Shown here in pieces: positions 47,566 to 53,665 of a stretch of DNA of 53,665 nucleotides. The DNA comes from Neophaeotheca triangularis. Taxonomy: Eukaryota. Under the pieces are notes generated by a model. The model ran no database searches and was not told where the DNA came from. It worked only from the letters and a program-made list of their open reading frames with translations. The stretch is from contig BAAIJX010000091.1 in the NCBI GenBank assembly GCA_054600435.1, positions 1-53,665 of the forward strand, in the 5' to 3' direction. Numbering within the stretch: position 1 is the first letter of the stretch; each line of letters opens with the position of its first letter. Position numbers and translations under genes: made by a program.

Positions 47566-48142
47566 TGTTAAAAGAAACTACAGTTCCCTCCCTTCACTTT
47601 CCTCCAATGCGTCTATAAATAAAATCGGCCGCCAGTTCTCCCAGAATCCCCGCCAACAATGCCGCAACGGTAAGTTTCTAACACGCGCTCTGCCCTCCCG
47701 ATTAGGACCCCCGCTGACCCAGAACAGACAACGATGACCTACCCACCCCAAAAGTGCGTGTGTTCGAGTCACGCACCACTCAGTAAGAGCTAGGAAATGG
47801 ATAACCAAAAAGACAAACCAGCCTTTACCAAGTCAAGGTGTCAGATGTATCTGATTAAGCGGTTTCTTCTCTGGGAGTTTCTTTTTGTCTTTGCTTGGTA
47901 GGTTCGGCCTTGGGATCTTTGACCAAGAGTGGAAGTCTCGGGATGAGAGATCTCTTTCGATTCTTGCAAGTCTAGACGTAGCAGTGGAGGCTTTCGGGCC
48001 CACGCTCAGGGAAATACGGATACTGTGCGAGCGTCCCGGTGCATGGGACTCGCGTTGACATTCGCGGCGATTCAAGTCTCCATAGCTATCATGAGACTGG
48101 CGATTGAAGAACTCGCTTTGCGACACTTGCATTCAAGATATC

Positions 48143-49677
48143 CTACAGCTTCGCAGACCTACGCGTCTTCGGCAACGGCGCCCACCGATCCTTGGGCTGT
48201 GGCAGCAACATCTCCAACTCGCTCGTGTTGAGATAGCTCATATCACCACGCACATTCTCCAAATTCCTAATACCACACAACCTCATTGCAGTCTCCAGCT
48301 CATCCAACACGATGCCCGCACAGTGCTCCACCCCTTCACGACCATACGCGACACTGCATTGAAACGGCCGGCCGATACCCACGCCCTTTGCACCAAGCAA
48401 CACGGCCTTGAGCACATCCGAACCGCGCCTGACACCGCCGTCGACAAAAACTTCCAATTGCTCAAAAACCTCCGGGCAATCCCTGCGCATCTCCAACAAC
48501 ACCAGACACGTCGCCGGAGCGTTGTCGAGAGCGCGCCCGCCGTGGTTCGAGACGACGATGCCCGCGCACCCGGCCTGCGCAGCCCGTTTGGCATCCGCGG
48601 CCGACTGGATGCCCTTGACGAAGAGCGGCAGATGCGTGTGCTTGCGCGCCCAAGCGAGGTCGGCCCAGTTGAGGGCGGGGTCGATAAAGTTTCCCGTGGT
48701 GCGAGCGACGCCACCGCCCTTGTTGTCCACGCCGCTGGTTGTGGAGCCCTGGTATGTGGAAAGCTGCATGGGAGTTTTGAGGCGCTCGTCGGCTTCGCGC
48801 TTGCTCACGACGGGCAGGTCGGCGGTGAAGACGAAAGCCTTGATTTGTGGGTTTTGGGACAGGCGGTGCAGGATGGCTTCGGTTTTGTGGCGTTCTTTGT
48901 CCACGTAGACTTGGTAGAAGAAGGGCTGGGATTGGGGGACGCTGGCGAGGATGTCGTCGATGGGATATGAAGTCGGGGTTGCGACCATGTGCATGATTCC
49001 AGAAGCGGCGGCGCCGACGGCTAGGGCGGTTTCGCCTTCTTCCCCGGCGGTTTTGGCGATGCCCATGGGGTTGATGTAGACGGGCATGCTGACGGGGTTG
49101 TCGAGGAGGGTGGATCTGGTGTTGATTTTAGAGACGTCGGCCATGACTCGAGGTTGGAACCAGAGCTTTTGCCACCAGGATCGGTTGGCTGTCAAGGTGA
49201 TGTGATCGTTAGAGCCGCCGGCAATGTAGGCGTTTGCTTTCGCAGAGCCGGATTTGGCGAAGGCCTCTTCAAAGTCGTTGAGGTTGATGATGGCGGATAA
49301 GGGCGGTCGTTCGTTGGGGGCTTGTTCCGAGACCGTCTCTTCCTGCTGTGATTTGAGCCATGTTTCGGTGATGGTCGATTCGTCTAGACGACCTTTATGG
49401 TCCGCCTCGTCGAGAGTGTTCGATATCAACTTAGCGACGTGGACCTCGTTGTATTCCTTACTGGCATCTTTACCAGCGTATTTGTAGATTACTGGACGCG
49501 GTCAGTTTCCTGCTCAGCCGACGAACGGGAGACGCTTGGCAGCTCACTATCCCCACCGCCTGGGTGGTTAGGAGCAAAGGTGCTCAAGTCGTAAACATAG
49601 CCATTGACTACGATCCAGCAATCGTCAGCCGTGGCGTGTTTGGTGAGCTCTTCCACTGAGATCTTGGATTCTCTCAT
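48143..49677 (-). CDS. Flavocytochrome b2-like FMN-dependent alpha-hydroxy acid dehydrogenase with N-terminal cytochrome b5 domain; exons 49677-49548 and 49491-48143
   Basis: DCWIVVNGYVYDLS.F..NHPGG (b5 heme motif), LPLFVKGIQ, VVSNHGGRALD and VFVDGGVRRGSDVLKA. Intron 49547-49492 (GTGAGC..CTGAC..CAG). C-terminal AKL. Confidence 0.93.
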
Positions 49678-50295
49678 CTCGACGATTAATGGCTGATTCT
49701 TTGGAGTACAAGGTCTTGACGAAACGAAAGTGATGCGAGTCAACGAGATGACCCAACAATGCTTACTTGTATATCTACTTACTCTTCGTTGTTCCCGTAG
49801 ATTGAACCCGTGGAGCGGCCAAGTCCCCGCGCATCACAGATCACCAGTACCGAGGAAGAGTGGCGGCGGAAACTGTTCCGCCGTGTCCGCGATATGCGAA
49901 GCCATCATGCACAATGATGGCCGATAGGAGGTAGCATCTGCTGGGACGCTGCAGGCACAGCATCTAGCACTCATTGGGTGGTGTCCATGGCGTCTCGCAA
50001 GGTGAAGTTGATATTGGGCTGACTGAGGGCAAAAATGCAAGCGCTGATTGGTGCTTCCCCCTCGACGCTAGGAAATGGCTGTCCACTTTGTGTGGAAGGC
50101 GAGTCTTAACGTCGTGGTTCGTTTATTTACCTTCTACATTGGCATTGTGAGTAGAATGATCATGATACGTACAATAACAGCAGGCCTAGCTGCCAGGCAA
50201 GTGAGTATAACCAAGAAAGCATGGAAGCGATCCCAGCAGAGCGCCCGCAAATCGCCCCAAACCCAAGCCCTGTTCTTTCCAAGAAGCATTCGACA

Positions 50296-52035
50296 TCACC
50301 AAGAGACCCTCCTGCCATGAGGCAACCTATCTTCAGCCCTGTCATCGTCCCACGCCGCCGAATAATCCTCCGAGTCCACTGAGACGTACCCCATCCCCTT
50401 CTCAAGCTCCATCTCCCTTACACATCTGCCACACCCACAGCCCCCAGCCAACCACTTCCCCAACCTCTTCATTCGGCCCCTCCACCCCTCATTCAGACAA
50501 AATCCATCATACGCCACAAACAGCTGCTCTCCCTTAACAATATCTCTATTCGCCACCATCCTCACTACCAACTCCCCTTTCGCATCATCCCGGCGCGGCT
50601 GCTCCCAGCTAATATTCGGCTCGCAGCTGTGGTTGAAGATGCAGAAAAGTGGCGAGAGGCAAGACGTAAGAACGTCGCTCCATATGTTGTTTTCCAGACG
50701 TGCTGCGAGGGTGAAGAGGATGTGGGGGGAAGTGTAGGCGCTGTTGGCCGGGGAGAAGATGTCCATACCTAGGTTTCGAGAGAGGAAGGCTAAGGGGATG
50801 GCGATGTCGTTGGTGAGGTTCAGGGTGTGAGGTTTCCGTAGTGGCGGGCTGTTGGTGTCGATGGTGTTGGTAGTGCTCGGCGAGGGGTGGTAGGTGGGTG
50901 TCAGACGCGCTACCAGGGTGTAGTCGAGAGGGTGCTCGCAGCCTGTCTGGTAGCTTGCTTCGAGCATCTTGCACCGAAGTATGACATCCGCCGCGTCGAT
51001 ATCTGAAGTCTCTAGGATCCATTCGTAGGCATCCTTCTCGGCGGCATTTTGCAACCCGGCCCTCTCCCACTGCTCTATGTCCGGGTGGCCAGAAGCACTA
51101 TGTTGCTTCGGCGACTCACCCCGGTGCTCACAAGTCCACCCAGAGTCGAAACCGAGACCCCTCTTCATGGCCCTACCCCTACCTCGGATCCAACCCCACA
51201 GCACCGCAAGCCCTCTCTTCCAAACACCCCAAAACTTCCTAAACCACGCCAATCCCTCTCCCACGCCCTCCCAACTCCAATCACTCCCGTCATCCTCCCT
51301 ATCATCCCCCCAAGCCGTACCACCATTCTTGTCAACCCCCTCCCTCCCCCTCCCCCAAATACTCGACCCATCAACCAAAACCACCTCCCTAGCCAAAACA
51401 TCCCTCCTAGCAAAAACCCCCCAAACCTCCCTATCCCCAGTGCCAAAAGCATCCCTCCTAACCTCACAATACCCTCCGCGATCCGAACTCGTAGGCGTCA
51501 CGACACGATCAAACTCCCCCTGCAAACCCGCCACCAGCCCGCAACCCCGTCTCGAACGCTCGACAGAAACCCAAGGATAAGCGCGCGGGCGGTAGTAAAC
51601 CGCCTGGCCGACCTCGGCGCCCGGAAGCAGCGTCGAAGCGCGCCGCATCAGCTCCAGAATCCCCGCCGTCTCGTCTTGCTCGCTCGCGCGCTCGGACATC
51701 ATCGTCATCATCATCCAGCCCCCTTGGAACCCCGTTCGCCAGCTCCTCCCCTCGCTTTCGTCTGAGCTGCTGCTCGTCACGCGGTCGCATTTTGCCAGTC
51801 GCGTCTGCAGCAGCAGTTTGGCTTTCCAGGCGTCCCCGGCCGCGAGCTCGGGGTACTGCAGCTCCCGCAGGGTTTCTGCGCGAGCGAGCCAGGCTTGTGG
51901 GCTGTAGGGATGGGTTTCCAAGGTTTTGGTTTGGGAAGCGAGGAGGTTGTAGAGGTCTTTGAGAGTTTTGGCGGGGACGAGACGCGGGCAGGGGTGGCTG
52001 GGGTTGTGGAGGGTTATGGGTGGCGGGGGATTCAT
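50296..52035 (-). CDS. SET-domain protein lysine methyltransferase-like, with N-terminal TPR-like helices
   Basis: PYSPQAWLARAETLRELQYPELAAGDAWKA, VWGVFARRDV, SPLFCIFNHSCEPN, DIVKGEQLFVAY and post-SET CGCGRC. First ATG at 52035. Confidence 0.85.
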   Translation of the reverse strand: MNPPPPITLHNPSHPCPRLVPAKTLKDLYNLLASQTKTLETHPYSPQAWLARAETLRELQYPELAAGDAWKAKLLLQTRLAKCDRVTSSSSDESEGRSWRTGFQGGWMMMTMMSERASEQDETAGILELMRRASTLLPGAEVGQAVYYRPRAYPWVSVERSRRGCGLVAGLQGEFDRVVTPTSSDRGGYCEVRRDAFGTGDREVWGVFARRDVLAREVVLVDGSSIWGRGREGVDKNGGTAWGDDREDDGSDWSWEGVGEGLAWFRKFWGVWKRGLAVLWGWIRGRGRAMKRGLGFDSGWTCEHRGESPKQHSASGHPDIEQWERAGLQNAAEKDAYEWILETSDIDAADVILRCKMLEASYQTGCEHPLDYTLVARLTPTYHPSPSTTNTIDTNSPPLRKPHTLNLTNDIAIPLAFLSRNLGMDIFSPANSAYTSPHILFTLAARLENNIWSDVLTSCLSPLFCIFNHSCEPNISWEQPRRDDAKGELVVRMVANRDIVKGEQLFVAYDGFCLNEGWRGRMKRLGKWLAGGCGCGRCVREMELEKGMGYVSVDSEDYSAAWDDDRAEDRLPHGRRVSW

Positions 52036-53539
52036 TGCCGTGCTGGGGCTTTGGATACTGTTGAGTGGTAGGTGGTTGGGTGGTGAAGTCGGTCGTGATG
52101 GGCGTGCTGAGGAGGATGCTTCCAAATGGGGAATTGTTTTGGTCCTTATTAATGGCGGAGAAGTTGGGTCTAGAGTGAGCTCTATTGAAGCGACGGGAAA
52201 GGTCTTTGTTGCTTGGGGTTTGAAGTTCTATGTTGCTAGAAGTGGAAAGAGGCGGAGAAGGCCAGAGAGGTCTAGGATCGGTCACTTCTACCTCAAACGA
52301 AGCCTTAAGATCTCGTTCAGATATCCTTGGTAGGGATCGGCCTAGAAATGTTGTTCGCTTTATAGAGGAGATTCGGCTCGTTTGACCTCACCATCGTCTT
52401 GCAGGCTATAAGAATGGTCTTTTTGGCGTCGAGATCTTTGCTTTTAGTTAGCAAGAGTTAGCATGTAAGAACTCGCTCTTAGATAACAAAGTTAGAAGAT
52501 GACAAAAGGTCAATAGGGCACGACTTACTGTTCAATCAAGCTGTAAGCGAACATCTAACGATTCCGCCTTGTAGTAATAAAGACTTGTAGGGGATGACTG
52601 CTGATCGATGGTCGTTTCTTTGTGGCCATCAGGCCCACGCAAACCGATAAGGATACACTCCTCGAGTCTCTCCTCGAAACGAGATCTTAGAAAAAGGTAA
52701 CGCTAAGAAAACCTGGTCAAGCCCTTGGCCAAGATGAACCAAAGAGCCTATCGCAGCATATTCGAAAGAAGAACCGCTACCATTCAGCCACAGGGTTGAC
52801 GCCTTCCACAAAGCACTCATGAAATCACTGAAGGCATCCCCGCGCTATCAGCGGCAGAGAAGGATATACAGAAGAACATTTGAAAGCACAAACCGAAAAT
52901 ACTTGCATAAGTCTCTAAATCAACAGTATGAAGTAGTAAAAGCAACCAAAGAGCTCGACAGCCGAAAGCGCATCAATCGCATGGTGAACGAATTCAAACC
53001 GAAGATACAACTTCAACCTTCCAAGCAGGGATGTTGAAGATGCCAAAGACGTCGACCGCGAGCCGATCACCGTCGCAAATGCTCCTGGAGGTCAGAAAGG
53101 CGTGCGCAGCTTCCTCGGGAATGGCAGCAAGGTAGTTGAGCGTAGAAGTGTAGCACGAGACTCTCCACGAGTGACTGATGGCGACTGGCTCGCAGGAAGC
53201 AATGCGAAATCCGCTCGTCCCGGTCCGTATTATGGCCGTTCGGGGAAAACTTCTGTAATCACGACGGTTCAATGTCCAGAAAGCCTCGAATGAATGTATG
53301 CGTCAGAAACCAGAGTGTGAAACTCCGGCTTATGCAACTCGAGATCGAGAGCATGTTCCATAACTCACCGCTTCCCGTTTTCAAAGACCTTGTCGCCCAA
53401 CTCAACCAACTCCCTGCCACGCCTTTTGCAATGCATGCTAGCAGAATAGCAAGCTCCTGCCTACAAACCTCATCCTCTGGAAAGTCCAAGTGAATTCAAA
53501 ACAAGTGGAAACCCCCAGTCCAAACCCACAAGCTCGCAA

Positions 53540-53665
53540 GCGGGGGGGGGGGGGGGGGGGGGGGGGGGAAAAAAAAAATTTAAAAAAAAAAAAAATTAAA
53601 CGGTAGGAAAAAAAAAAAATTAAACAAAAAAAAAACCCCAACACCCCCAACAAAAATAAAAATAA
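53540..53665. other. Homopolymer-rich low-quality sequence, probable contig end
   Basis: Long G run followed by A/C/T runs. A similar poly-C run occurs at 15-32. Confidence 0.7.

Noticed and set aside
52620..53493. Short consecutive plus-strand ORFs that might be a decayed gene
   Set aside because: No recognisable motif or consistent splice model, and they lie next to a low-quality contig end.

Overview
Fungal nuclear DNA, GC-rich and intron-containing. Protein style (ARF6, SGF29) suggests a Dothideomycete, probably Mycosphaerellales; this is an inference. Left arm: partial cutinase/CE5 esterase, glutathione peroxidase and a C2H2 transcription factor. 7650-18336 is a heavily RIP-mutated PIF/Harbinger DNA transposon (13-bp TIRs, TTA TSD). 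Its Myb/SANT gene is split by a complete Ty3/Gypsy chromovirus (8275-16037, 223-bp LTRs, TAAAG TSD, self-priming PBS). That retrotransposon carries an extra antisense, intron-containing gene whose de-RIPped product has a six-cysteine Zn-binding pattern. Next come an arylsulfotransferase and a PRXL2/AhpC-like gene. They are followed by a co-oriented ~14-kb block: a divergent DEDD Argonaute with a large PIWI insertion, a repeat-containing orphan, and a 7.66-kb reading frame broken only by two in-frame TAG codons. The right arm holds housekeeping genes (MPI, GT8, ARF6, SGF29, mitochondrial carrier, flavocytochrome b2-like, SET protein) plus a degenerate ~172-bp triple repeat. Both ends are homopolymeric and probably low-quality contig ends. 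Splice sites were read by eye and no database search was run.
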